Shown here: positions 12,771 to 25,259 of the stretch, piece after piece | Layout of the letters: every line of letters begins with the position of its first letter | Numbering within the stretch: position 1 is the first letter of the stretch | Assembly (NCBI GenBank): GCA_038087875.1 | Contig: JAXLNO010000220.1 | Location: forward strand, 1 to 64,000 | Direction: 5' to 3' | Source: Malacoraja senta | Lineage: Eukaryota | Length of the DNA: 64,000 bases | Notes under the pieces: generated by a model | The model's input: only the letters and a program-made list of their open reading frames with translations | Databases searched by the model: none | What the model was told of the DNA's origin: nothing | Program-made: the position numbers and the translations under genes

Positions 12771-13292
12771 CAGTTGATTCGAATGGTCCCAATTTTGGTG
12801 GTCAATGAATCCATAAAGTACTCATGACGTGGACATAAGTACTTTATGACAGAAAATAAAAGCCAATTGGTCAGATGGTCCAAGATAATAAACAATAATC
12901 GTCGAATGAGAAATAAACATTTGGCCGTTGTTTCTCAATATGATCTCTTGGGTTCAACCAAATAATTTCCTGCCAGTTGCAAGTTGTTCAAACTCTTCCC
13001 TGGATATTTAGTGCAAGAGTATTATTAATAACGCAATGCAGAGTTACTAGTGCACAGAACACTTCGTATTTACTATCAACTAAAATAACCTGTACAGAAA
13101 AATCTCAAGGTGCCTTAGAGGTGCAGGAGAACATGAACAAACAAGATAAAGACGTTGATTGTGAACAAAGGATAAGCCAGGAGGTTATGAGTTTAGTTTA
13201 TTTTTCCACATATCAAAGAAAGGAAAGATGAAAAGGTGGTAGAGAAAACAAAAGTGTTTCGTGGACTCTGAAAATGATTGGGGCAAATGATT

Positions 13293-13576
13293 AGGGCGGC
13301 ACGGTGGAGTTGCTGCCTTAAAGCGCCGGAGACCCGGGTTCGATCCTGACTACGGGTGCTGTCTGTACAGAGTTTGTACATTCTCCCCGCGACCTGATGT
13401 GGGTTTCCCTCCCACACTCCAAAAGACGTACAGGTTTGTAGGTTAATTGGCTTGGTAAATGTAAAAATTGTCCCTAGTGTGTGTAGGATAATGTTAATGT
13501 GCGGGGATCGCTGGCCGGCGTGGACCCGGTGGGCCGAAGGGCCTGTTTCCACCCTGTATCTCTAAACTAAACTAAA
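13293..13576 (+). mobile_element. HE1/V-SINE
   Basis: Head, V-domain and (ctaaa)n tail. Confidence 0.9.
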
Positions 13577-13816
13577 ATGAAGGAAGAAGAAACAAGATAA
13601 CAGAAATGGAACATATATACAAACATGCCAGAGCAAATTAACAAAGTTATATGTCAAATCACGGAGCAGTTGGAAGGCAATAATATTTGTATTACTTCAT
13701 GTTGGGAATAGGAAACACCATAGATCAGTGGGTAGATGCAGAGAAAGTTATAGATGAGGTTAGATTTGGCACAAAGCAGGGCACGGTCACCTTTCTGTGG
13801 AGTAATTGTGAGATGG

Positions 13817-14245
13817 TCAAGTCAAGTCACTTTTATTTCTATAGCACATTTAAAAAACAACTCTCGTTGACCAAAGTGATTTACATTGGTGGAGGTACTA
13901 ACGTTATACAACAGTGGTTCATAGATTAAGTACATACATAAATACATACATATAACCCTCACTCAGAGGACGTCAAGAAAGGCTTGAGAGTAAAGATGAG
14001 TTTTAAGTCTCGACTTAAAGGAGTCGATGGAGGGGGCAGTTCTGATGGGAAGAGGGATGCTGTTCCACAGTCTAGGAGCTGCAACCGCAAAGGCGCGGTC
14101 GCCCCTGAGCTTATGCCTAGACCGCGGGATATTCAGTAACCCCAAGTCGGCCGATCTGAGGGACCTGGAGGTGGTGTGGTGGGTGAGCAGACTTTTGATG
14201 TAGGTGGGGGCAAGCCCGTTAAGGGCTTTGTAGACATAGAGGAGG
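13817..14245 (-). mobile_element. L2-clade LINE 3' fragment
   Basis: YKALNGLAPTYI..RSLRS..GDRAFAVAAPRLWNS..FKSRLKTHL; (ttgac)n tail. Confidence 0.9.
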
Positions 14246-14599
14246 ATAAAGGCAATGATTGACATGCTTGTGGATGCAGCTATCAATGGGGTAGACCTGC
14301 CATCAAAATGGAAAACTTATTATGGTGGAACTGATTCCTTTCACCAATCATCCCAAAGTTCTCCCCTTTGCATTGGCTCTAGTCCAGGCCGCAACTTTAC
14401 AATTGACAGGCTTCTTAAATCACCCCTACTCTCATCTCTTTTACTTTCATTCCAAAATCTCTCTAAGATTTGAACAATCCTCCACTATTAGCTTCGGTGC
14501 ACCCCAATTGCCATCACTCGGTCACTGCCACCTGTGCCTTCAACTCTCACACCTCTTCAAAGGCTCCTTAATAATTAGCTTGTGACTATTCCTCTATCA

Positions 14600-15577
14600 G
14601 GAGGAGGAGCCATCTTGGGGAACGGCTGCTAAACAGCAGCCGTCCGTTTTAATTCACTTTTTTTTTGTAGTTCTAGTGAGTCCTGTGTTTTGTTTGTGGG
14701 AGAAATCGACTTTTTAATGTAGGGCGAAGGGGTAACTATATTTCTAGGTCCCCACCTGGTCGGTGAGGCAGCTTTTTCTCCGGGGCTGCCCGTCGACCCG
14801 TCCTCGTGGCCTACCAGCAGGCGTAGAGCGCCGTTCCCTGGCGGGGATCGCCCAGCACCTCGGCTTCGGTGGCGGCACAGCGCTGGAGCGCTATCGCGGA
14901 GCGGAGCGGGCGATGCCTTGCCTGGGTCGCCGCGCTGGATCGACGCGCTGGAGCTCCGGTGAGCTGTGACCCCCGAGTTCAACACCTCCGGGCTGCGGGA
15001 CTGCGGAGAGGAGTGGGTGGCGCCGACTTCAACATCGGGAGCCTGGGAGCTCCAAACTGGTGCGGCCTTGTCGGCTTCGGAAGCCGTGGTCTCCGGTAAG
15101 GAATGCGGCCGTTCCAGGTGGCCCAGCCGCTGAAAGGACTCTCCCGACGCCGGGGCAACAGCACCCGACGAGAACGGCCAGGAACATTGGGCCTCCATAG
15201 AGGCAATAGCAGAGGCCTCAATAGGCCTGACTTTGGGAGAACTGGGGTTGGGGACTGGACATTGTGCCTTCCCCCACAGTGGTAACCATTGTGGGGGGAT
15301 GATTTTTGTCTGTAAGTGACTATTTTAGTCTGTGTCCAAGATGGCTGTCCGAAGGGAGAGTGGACGCTGGCGCGGTTTAGCTGCCGCTGCTCTCTCTTCA
15401 CATTGTGTTTCTGATTTTTTGTCTTTGGATCGAATTCTGTCTTTAATTTGTTTATTGGTGATGTCTTTATAATTTATTTTACTCCGATTATATGTTTTTA
15501 ACTTGTTAAATTCTGTAAGGTGTCCTTGAGACTCTTGAAAGGCGCCCATAAATAAAATGTATTATTATTATTATTAT
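14600..15577 (+). mobile_element. GC-rich non-autonomous retroposon with aataaa-(tat)n tail
   Basis: CpG-rich body with no credible protein; ends cccataaataaaatgtattattattattatt. Confidence 0.55.
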
Positions 15578-16105
15578 CAATTCTTCTATCATTTCTTAAT
15601 GTGACCCAGATCCAAGTTTGATTTCTTAATACTACTGCAAAGTGTATGTGGGCACCCGGTCATGTTAACAGCTGTAAATACAAGTTATCTCTACTGTTTG
15701 ACTAAACTAGCCAATATATAAACCTGTAGGATGCTACATTTACATTTGATTAGAAATTGTCATTCAGTAGACAATAACACAACACGAGGGGAAAAGGGAA
15801 GAACATTGATTTAAAAGGAGATGAATAGCTATTAAGTTAAACTGTCCCTTTTATTCAACAAAGTTGTGTGATTCTTTTTTTCCGGTCCCATGACGAAGCC
15901 ACCCACAAGGGGTTGCATTGTAAGATCTTTAAATATTCTCCTACTGTCATCATTCTACTTACAGGATTCAAAACTGATTTATTTCGCTGGTCTGCTCAAT
16001 GCAATCAAGGTGCTTTTCAAGTGAAGCCATTTGCTGAGTTAGTGTGGAGATAATGTTAAACAGGATATCTTGAAGCTTAAAAGAACCAAGTTTCCTCATA
16101 GTTAT

Positions 16106-16208
16106 GCCCCGAGGTCTGAAGAAGGGTTTCGGCCTGAAACGTTGCCTATTTCCTTTGCTCCATAGATGCTGCTGCACCCGCTGAGTTTCTCCAGCATTTT
16201 TGTGTACC
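16106..16208 (+). mobile_element. 103-bp hammerhead mini-element with 14-bp TSD
   Basis: TSD ttcctcatagttat (16092-16105, 16209-16222). Confidence 0.85.
16111..16148 (+). ncRNA. Minimal type I hammerhead ribozyme motif
   Basis: aggt-CTGAAGA-agggtttcggcct-GAAAC-GTT-gcct; stem I aggt/gcct can pair; palindromic AACGTT in place of stem III. Confidence 0.7.
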
Positions 16209-16419
16209 TTCCTCATAGTTATAACTTGGATACATTTTACTTCAAGATGCTTCTCAAATCAGAGTTGTCCAATATCCATAAAACTTAAATTTGTAAACAT
16301 TTGTTGCTCTATCTGAAGAGAACCTATCCGTGTGTACCCTCCAGCACCACAAATGTACGGGTACCTACCTATTTTTCATCCCAGTCGCCTTGTTCCTTGT
16401 CACAATGGATGAATAACTT

Positions 16420-16720
16420 GGGGCGACACGGTGGCAAAGCAGTAGAGTTGCTGCCTTACAGCTCCAGAGATTTGGATTCGACCCCAACTACGGGTGCTTG
16501 TCTGCAGGGAGTATGTACGTTCTTTCCGTGACCTGCGTGGGTTTTTCTCTGCGATCTCCGGTTTCCGCCCACACTCCAAAGACACACCGGATTGTGGGTT
16601 AAGTGTGTAATGTCCCCAGTGTGTGAAGCATAGTGTTAGCGTGCGGGGATCGCTGGTTGGCGTGGACTCGATGGGTACGAAAGGCCTGTTTCCACGCTGT
16701 ATCTCTAAACTAAACTAAAC
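16420..16720 (+). mobile_element. HE1/V-SINE
   Basis: Head, V-domain, tail. Confidence 0.9.
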
Positions 16721-17110
16721 ATAAATATATACAGCAGAGCACACAAGGTTTTTCAGTGGGGCTGAACCAGTGCCTGGAACCATCGAAGTACTATCTTTCA
16801 ATTTAGACTCAATTTCAAGAGTGTTTATTTGAAATATGTACGATACGTACTGGATATCAATGTGAATAATGACATTCTTACGCTGCAGTTTGACAGGTAT
16901 ATTGTACAATAAATACACGATAAATTATAAGCTATTCAAAGTAAACAAGACCATGAAAATGGTTCAAAATCTTTCTGAATCAACTTTGCTGCCTTGATAC
17001 TACAAAGACATTTGATTCATATTGTGGGAGAAACAAGGTCTTACATTAATCTAGACCATCAACGCTCCCACCACTATGCTTTCTCCAAATTGTTCTAAAA
17101 ATAATACATA

Positions 17111-18693
17111 CAGTGGCTTGCAAAAGTTTTCATACCCCTTGAACTCTTCCACATTTTGTCACGTTACAACCACAAACGTAAATGTATTTTATTGGGATTT
17201 TATGTGATAGACCAACACAAAGTGGCGCATAATTGTGAAGTGGAAGGAAAATGATACATGGTTTTCAAATTTTTTTACAAATAAAAAACTGAAAAGTGTG
17301 GCGTGCAAAAGTATTCAGCCCCCCTGAGTCAATACTTTGTAGAACCACCTTTCGCTGCAATTACAGCTGCAAGTCTTTTGGGGTATGTCTCTACCAGCTT
17401 TGCACATCTAGAGACTGAAATTTTTGCCCATTCTTCTTTGCAAAATAGCTCAAGCTCAGTCAGATTGGATGGAGAGCGTCTGTGAACAGCAATTTTCAAG
17501 TCTTGCCAGAGATTCTCAATTGGATTTAGGTCTGGACTTTGACTGGGCCATTCTAACACATGAATATGCTTTGATCTAAACCATTCCATTGTAGCTCTGG
17601 CTGTATGTTTAGGGTCGTTGTCCTGCTGGAAGGTGAACCTCCGCCCCAGTCTCAAGTCTTTTGCAGACTCTAACAGGTTTTCTTCCAAGATTGCCCTGTA
17701 TTTGGCTCCATCCATCTTCCCATCAACTCTGACCAGCTTCCCTGTCCCTGCTGAAGAAAAGCATCCCCACAGCATGATGCTGCCACCACCATGTTTCACA
17801 GTGGGGATGGTGTGTTCAGGGTGATGTGCAGTGTTAGTTTTCCGCCACACATAGCGTTTTGCATTTAGGCCAAAAACTTCAATTTTGGTCTCATCTGACC
17901 AGAGCACCTTCCTCCACATGTTTGCTGTGTCCCCCACATGGCTTGTGGCAAATTGCAAACGGGACTTTCTTCTTGCCACTCTTCCATAAAGGCCCGATTT
18001 GTGGAGTACTAATAGTTGTCCTGTGGACAGATTCTCCCACCTGAGCTGTGGATCTCTGCAGCTCCTCCAGAGTTACCACGGGCCTCTTGGCTGCTTCTCT
18101 GATCAATGCTCTCCTTGCCCGGCCTGTCAGTTTAGGTGGACGGCCATGTCTTGGTAGGTTTGCAGTTGTGCCATACTCTTTCCATTTTCGGATGATGGAT
18201 TAAACAGTGCTCCGTGAGATGTTCAAAGCTTGGGATATTTGTTTATAACCTAACCCTGCTTTAAACTTCTCCACAACTTTATCCCTGACCTGTCTGGTGT
18301 GTTCCTTGGACTTCATGATGCTGTTTGTTCACTAATGTTCTCTAACAAACCTCTGAGGCCTTCACAGAACAGCTGTATTTATACTGAGATTAGATTACAC
18401 ACAAGTGGACTCTATTTACTAATTAGGTGACTTCTGAAGGCAATTGGTTGCACTGGATTTTATTTAGGGGTATCAGAGTAAATGGGGCTGAATACTTTTG
18501 CACGCGACACTTTTCAGTTTTTTATTTGTAAAAAATTTGAAAACCATGTATCATTTTCCTTCCACTTCACAATTATGCGCCACTTTGTGTTGGTCTATCA
18601 CATAAAATCCCAATAAAATACATTTACGTTTGTGGTTGTAACGTGACAAAATGTGGAAAAGTTCAAGGGTATGAATACTTTTGCAAGCCACTG
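17111..18693 (-). mobile_element. Tc1 transposon, Passport-like, IR/DR type
   Basis: ~210-bp inverted repeats starting cagtggcttgcaaaag; TA TSD (17109-17110, 18694-18695); internal transposase. Confidence 0.95.
17329..18316 (-). pseudogene. DD34E Tc1 transposase with premature stop and frameshift
   Basis: MKSKEHTRQVRDKVVEKFKAGLGYKQISQALNISRSTV* then WSDETK, QDNDPKH, SPDLNPIENLW; frame break near 17980-18010. Confidence 0.9.
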
Positions 18694-18994
18694 TAACAGG
18701 AAAATTAATAGGACTTCAATAATGTAAGATATCCTTTAAGTTGATAACTGCAAGAATAATTCAATAACTAAGCAAAGATATTTTGAGAGAGAGGATTCAT
18801 ATTTGTGGATCAACTTCCGTCAGTACAAATGCAGTCATTCTATGTGTTTAAATTGTCAACACCTCTTCAAGTTTACCACCCGACACAACATTCAGATTCT
18901 AAGGTTCATAGCCAATGAATCTGGGCTTCAGATACCATCAGGATGTGCAAAAATAATATGCCACACACGTTAAGGGGAAAAAAGTTTTGTTTCA

Positions 18995-19262
18995 TTTAGT
19001 TTAGTTTAAAGATACAGTGTGGAAACAGGCCATTCGTCCCACCAGCGACCCCCCTGCACATTAACACTATCCTACACACTCTCGGGACAATTTACACTTA
19101 TACAAGGCCAATTAACCTACAAACCTGTACATCTCAGAGAAAACCTATGCAGTCACGGGGAGAATGTACAAACGCTGTACAGGGCACACCTGCAATCGGG
19201 ATCGAACCCGGGTCTCCAGCGCTGCAAGCAGCAACTCTACCGCTGCGCCACCGTGCCGCCCC
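18995..19262 (-). mobile_element. HE1/V-SINE (internally deleted)
   Basis: Head and tail match family. Confidence 0.8.
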
Positions 19263-19591
19263 ATTTGCACCATAGTAAGTAGAATGTGGATCAAGATCAT
19301 TGATTGAGATGGATGGGTAGCCTCAGTCTATGATCGGTAGAGAGATAGTTGAAGGTGTATGTCCGAAGGTGCATGCTTGGACATCATAGCTCAGGGATGG
19401 ATAGCAGGGCTCTCTGGACTTCAAACGTGGTCAGTAGTTAACTTGTATTTCCCCCCTATATGATGGCTTGTGTTTATTACTTCAGTGCTGGGACTGATTT
19501 TGCCTCAAGAGAAATAATTTTATTCACACATGGTGCAATATGGGTAAAGGATGTTCTTTTCAACCCTTTTGGTTGGTCGTGCTCTTGTGCA

Positions 19592-19790
19592 GTGTGTATG
19601 AAGGAACTGCAGATGCTGGTTTAAACCAAAGAGAGACGCAAAAAGCTGGAGTAACTCAGCGGGACAGACAGCGTCCCTGGAGAGAAGGAATGGGTGATGT
19701 TTCTGGTCTCATCCCGAAACGTCACTTATCCCTTTCCTCCAGAGATGCTGTCTGTCCCGCTGAGTTACTCCAGCTTATTGTGTTTATCTT
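19592..19790. mobile_element. Foldback Penelope-terminal-repeat mini-element
   Basis: Inverted arms gctggagtaactcagcgggacagacagc / gctgtctgtcccgctgagttactccagc; TSD ctcttgtgca/ctctcgtgca. Confidence 0.8.
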
Positions 19791-21299
19791 CTCTCGTGCA
19801 ATGAATGTGCTTGCCTAAATTTGCTTTGGGGTCTTATGAAGCCTCATGAATAAACAGGCACTACACAACCCTATCTGCCCCCCCCCCCCCCCCAAATTAG
19901 AAGATTGATGTTCCCCTGCAAAGCTGGTAATGAAATGAGCAGCTACATATTGAACAACAAAAAATTAGATGATAAAAATAATGTCAAGCACATTCAAGAT
20001 ATTGATCATCTGAACCAAAACCTAGTCTAGTGGAAATGTGCATGCATCATTGAAAATCAATGCAATCTCCCTTGAGAATACAAGGGGTACTGTCCTCCCA
20101 ACTAAAGCTCTGATGACTGACTAATCATTCAAAACCTCAATAAAGTAATCACCCTTCAGGCAATAGCCATTGTGATGTGGCGATTCATTTGGCCATGAAT
20201 GACTGCCTTTTACACACATCGCTGCCATTGTTTTTAAACTCATCTCGTGTGCATTGAAGGCTGTTTTTCAGATCTAATTCTCAAGCATTAACGCATTAAT
20301 CTAAAACATAAACACTGCGCTGCAAAGCTTCTGCTTGCCAGGATTCCAGTGCTGATAGATGTACCCGAACAGATCTGCAGGAGATGCTATTTGCTGTCCC
20401 ATTCGATCTGGTAATAGAGCGGACCAAGATAGTGGACTGATGATTAACCAGGTCAATCAGCACTCCAAATCGGCACAAGGACAGATGCAATGGTTCAGTG
20501 GTGCTTCAGCAGTATTTTAATTTTGAAGGACAAAAGATAGCCAATGCATGGAAGTGCACTCCATGTATTTCCCCTTCCAGTTACAAGTTGTGACTTGGAC
20601 ATAGACAGTTCCTTCACTGTTACTGGATGGATTCGGATACTGCTATTCCCTCTCGGGTATAACATCTTGGGAGTATTATCACCTAAGGACTGCTGCAGCC
20701 AAGTCAGCAGATCATCACACCCTTCTCAGAGCAACAGGGAGAAAATAAGCAAGAAATGTTACCCTTTCCAGCGAGTGAAATAAACGGAAAAAAATGAATG
20801 AAAAGACTTCTGTCCTGTATATTTGTGCCATGATTGAATAGACTCAATGGGCCGAATGGTTAATTCTGCTCCTATGACCTTATGAACGGAAGAGCTGTTC
20901 CCAAACCAAGCTGTGATGCAACCCAGCAGTACCCACTCTGTGATACTGATCTGTGGAACATTCCAGTAATTCGGTAAGTTAAAGTTGCAAAATATCCACC
21001 TGGTTCAATGAGCTCTAGCAGATCGAGTGTGTACTTTAGGAGAATATCAAATCAAGTCCAAGATTCCTTAGACCACCATCAGCAGGTTACATCAGCAGTG
21101 ATTACCAATAGTACGCAATGTCAGAACATTCTTTATACAAATGACAGGAGAACAAATGTACCCTGGCAAAGGATCCACAAACTCTATTTTGGATTCCACC
21201 GATCTTACTCTACCTGCTGCTAGTTTCTGTCATTTTCTGTTTTCAGATTTCCAGCACATAGTTTATTTTTAATGTCCATACTCAGAGCCTACATTCAAT

Positions 21300-21616
21300 G
21301 TTTAGTTGAGTTGAGTTCAGAGATAAAGCACGGAAACAGGCCCTTCGGCCCCCCGAGTCCGCGCTGACCAGCGATCCTCGCACACTAACACTATCCTACA
21401 CACTAGGGACAATTTACAATTTTACCCAAGCCAATTAACCTACAAACCTGTACGTGTTTGAAGTGTGGGAGGAAACCGGAGATCCCGGAGAAAACCCACG
21501 CAGTTCACGGGGAGAACGTACAGACTCCGTACAGACAGCACAACCGTAGTCGGGATCGAACCTGGATTCTCTGGCGCTGTAAGGCAGCAACTCTACTGCT
21601 GCGCCACCATGCAGCC
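21300..21616 (-). mobile_element. HE1/V-SINE
   Basis: Full family match. Confidence 0.9.
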
Positions 21617-22048
21617 CACACTGCAAGTTGTACTTTAAAGGTCATCAGCTAAGTCCTTGCTTTCAGTTATAATGCAATATCGGGAAGAGATGGATTTTAA
21701 TAACAGATTCGATGAGTTGGTGGAATTCCCCAAACCTACTCTCGTGGACTTTGGTCCCTGTTACGTAGAAAACACCAACGTTGCATTATTGATCAATCAC
21801 TACTTGACCTGACTGCACTACAAGAGTGAAGCCACGTTTAGACCCAGAGCAACTAAGGGAGACAGATATTCTTAACCAAAGAAAGACAATGAGTACATCT
21901 TTGAACCAGCACCATTCAGAATCATTTTATTTCACCCCAGCCTGGAGACAATTTGTATTTACAATCATTGGGCTAACATATTCAGAAGATTAGGATTATA
22001 CAACCCAATGTATTCACTAGTTTCCATACTAGATATCATTTATACTAC

Positions 22049-22486
22049 TTGGCTTATACTCGCTAGAATTTAGGAGATTTGAGAGGGGATCTTATAGAAA
22101 CGTACAAAATTCTTATGGGGTTGGACAGGCTAGATGCAGGAAGATTGTTCCCGATGTTGGGGAAGTCCAGGACAAGGGGTCACAGCTTAAGGATAAGGGG
22201 GAAATCCTTTAAGACCGAGATGAGGAAAAACTTTTACACACAGAGAGTGGTGAATCTCTGGAACTCTCTGCCACAGAGGGTAGTTGAGGCCAGTTCATTG
22301 GCTATATTTAAGAGGGAGTTAGATGTGGCCCTTGTGGCTAAAGGGATCAGGGGGTATGGAGAGAAGGCAGGTACGGGACACTAGGTTGGATGATCAGCCA
22401 TGATCATATTGAATGGCGGTGCAGGCTCGAAGGGCCGAATGGCCTACTCCTGCACCTATTTTCTATGTATCTATGTATCTATGTAG
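22049..22486 (+). mobile_element. CR1 LINE 3' fragment
   Basis: ORF 22079-22384; (ctatgtat)n tail. Confidence 0.9.
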
Positions 22487-22947
22487 AAATGTTAACATGG
22501 TTTACAAAAGGCCAGATGGCTCATATTTCATTCCATCAATTGAAATTAGTTTCATATCTTAATCCAGCCAAGGTCTATAGTTATCTCCATGCCCAATCAA
22601 CAGTCTTTGCTTAAAGTTCCCTCCTATGTAAAAGTCTAAATAAAACATCACATTTCCATTTCTTGCATTATTCATCCCACCTTTCCATTCTCTCTTAATA
22701 ACTTTTTACCGTTGAGCTTAATTTAACATTAGCAAATCAGATGCTGCAGCAAGGGCAATTTTATTTGAACTCCACTGTTTAATCAATAAAATATTGGAAT
22801 ATCTGAAACGTCGGAAGTTGAGGGGATCCTTGACAGAAGTATATAAAGTTATAAGTGGCATAGATAGGGCAGACAGTCAGAACCTTCTTCCCTGTGGGGG
22901 GGTTTCCACAGAGAATGGTGGGAGCCTGGAAAGCCAGGGGTGGTAGT

Positions 22948-23478
22948 GAGTAAGTAAGTAGGTAAGTAAGTAAGTAAGTTTATTGGCCAAGTATTCACAG
23001 ACAAGGAATTTGCCTTGGTGCTCCGCCCACAAGTAACAACATGACATACAGTGACAGTTACGAATGACTCAGAAAACACTAAACATTAATAATAATAAAA
23101 CATTAATGATAAAACACCATTGATCAAGCATGTGAACCAACAAAATACCAGATCAAAGGGAGGTTACAGATTTTTGGCTGTTGAGTAGAGCAACTACTCG
23201 TGGATAAAAACTGTTTTTGTGTCTGGCTGTGGCAGCTTTGACAGTCCGGAGTCGCCTTCCAGAGGGAAGTGATTCAAAGAGTTTGTGGCCAGGGTGAGAG
23301 GGGTCAGAGATGATCTTGCCCGCTCGCTTCCTGGCCCTTGCAGTGTACAGTTCATCAATGGAGGGAAGGTTGCAGCCAATAATCTTCTCTGCTGATCGGA
23401 CGATTCGCTGCAGCCTCCAGGTGTCGTGCTTGGTGGCTGAGCCAAACCAGACCATGATGGAGAAGGTGAGAACAGACT
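22948..23478 (-). mobile_element. Rex1/Babar LINE 3' fragment
   Basis: VWFG..LQRIVRSAEKIIG..LPS..DPSHPGHKLF..LPSGRR..KNSFYP; (ctta)n tail. Confidence 0.9.
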
Positions 23479-24713
23479 ATGCAGATACAATAGTGGCATT
23501 TAGGAGGCTTTTGGACAGGTACATGGAAGTGCAGGGAATAGAGGGATATGGATCAGGTAGAGGCAGATGAGATCAGTTCAGCTGGGTATCATGTTCGACA
23601 CAAGCATTGTGGGCTGAAGGGCCCTTTCCTGCTGTACTGTTCTATGTTTTAAAAGACACCAAAAGAAATCCAGATCCTTCCAATCAACTTTTAGATTACT
23701 GGATATCAGTCCATACCCAAGCTATCAAATGTAATCTAATGAAATAAGGAGTGCTTTGTAAAAATGATGGGGACAAAAATGGTGGGTTGGGAGAAGTGGT
23801 GAGAACTGAGCACAGCGTGGGCAAGTTTGGCCGAAGGGCCTGCTTCCACACTGTGTGACTCTATTATAACTATTAGGCTTTCTCTAACAAAAGAAATGGG
23901 TTAAATCCATAACCGAGGTTGACAACTCCAATGCTGATTTGAAAGAGCTTCTTCGCATGGCCGTGGATTTCATCTTTCAGATAAGTTATTTAACCAAGCC
24001 TGTCTTAAAGTGCCATCAAACATCTTATGGAAATATCCGAAGAGTGTTAGCGTCTGGCCACCATTAATCCGTTTACTGGCCTCACTACAACAAGATTCCC
24101 TCACAACGCTGTATCGGGAACCATTCTCGGCATCACCCTTCATCCGGACAAAATTACGAGAGTGCATTTGACGATCGGTGGGGGGGGGGGGGGGGGGGGG
24201 GGGGGTCAAATTTGCCCCGTGGCTGGGTCTCTGGATGGCAGATCCATTCCCATAGCCCCCATGACCTCCAAGGCCAACCTTGCGGGCCAGTATCCCGGTC
24301 CATCGGCGACCTAGGCGGACCGGGATACTGTATCATTGGACTCTTCTTGGAGGCCGTGACCTCTGATAGTCCGGCAAAACAAATAATCCAGAAAAGCTCT
24401 GGAACCAAAGTATGCCGGAAAATAAGCGGTGGACCTTTAGTGTCAGATCACACCCGTTCCGGACTAGCGGATGTTATTTCTATCAACACTCAAAAGGCAC
24501 TTTTCTTTCGCTTATAAGACCAGACTCCAGCCCCAACCATATTCCATGCCCCAGCTCGGACCACACACTCCACTAACACTCAGGACCCCGACTCATATTT
24601 CGGACTAATGAGTGAGCCAAATGTCGGACCTTCGGGACCTGAAGTGATGAAAGATTTATACATTTCTTTCTTACAAGTTAATTTGAGGTGCGGGCTGCCA
24701 TGGGATTACAGCA

Positions 24714-25259
24714 GGTACGCAAAAATGCTGGAGAAACTCAGCGGGTGCAGCAGCATCTATGGATCTATGGACCTCTATGGAGGTCATCACAGATCTACAT
24801 CGGTGAGACCAAGCGGAGGCTTGGCGATCGTTTCGCCGATCACCTCCGCTCGGTCCGCAATAACCAACCTGACCTCCCGGTGGCTCAGCACTTCAACTGC
24901 CCCTCCCATTCCGTATCTGACCTCTCTGTCCTGGGTCTCCTCCATGGCCAGAGCGAGCAACACCGGAAATTGGAGGAAATGCACCTCATATTCCGCTTGG
25001 GGAGTCTGCATCCTGGGGGCATGAACATTGAATTCTCCCTATTCTGTTAGCCCTTGCTGTCTCCTCCCATCCCTCAGCCCTCGGGCTCCTCCTCCGCCTT
25101 TTTCCTTTCTTCTCCCCACCCCCTATCAGTCTGAAGAAGGGTTTCGGCCCGAAACGTTGCCTATTTCCTTCGCTCCATAGATGCTGCTGCACCCGCTGAG
25201 TTTCTCCAGCATTTTTGTGTACCTTCGATTTTCCAGCATCTGCAGTTCCCTCTTTAACA
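24714..25259 (+). mobile_element. Penelope-like element: inverted partial terminal repeat, GIY-YIG fragment and hammerhead-bearing terminal repeat
   Basis: IYIGETKRRLGDRFADHLRSV..PVAQHFN; hammerhead core 25131-25158; 15-bp TSD catgggattacagca (24699-24713, 25260-25274). Confidence 0.9.

Noticed and set aside
14629..15401. Overlapping 140-190 aa ORFs
   Set aside because: Stop-codon scarcity in GC-rich repeat DNA; no motifs
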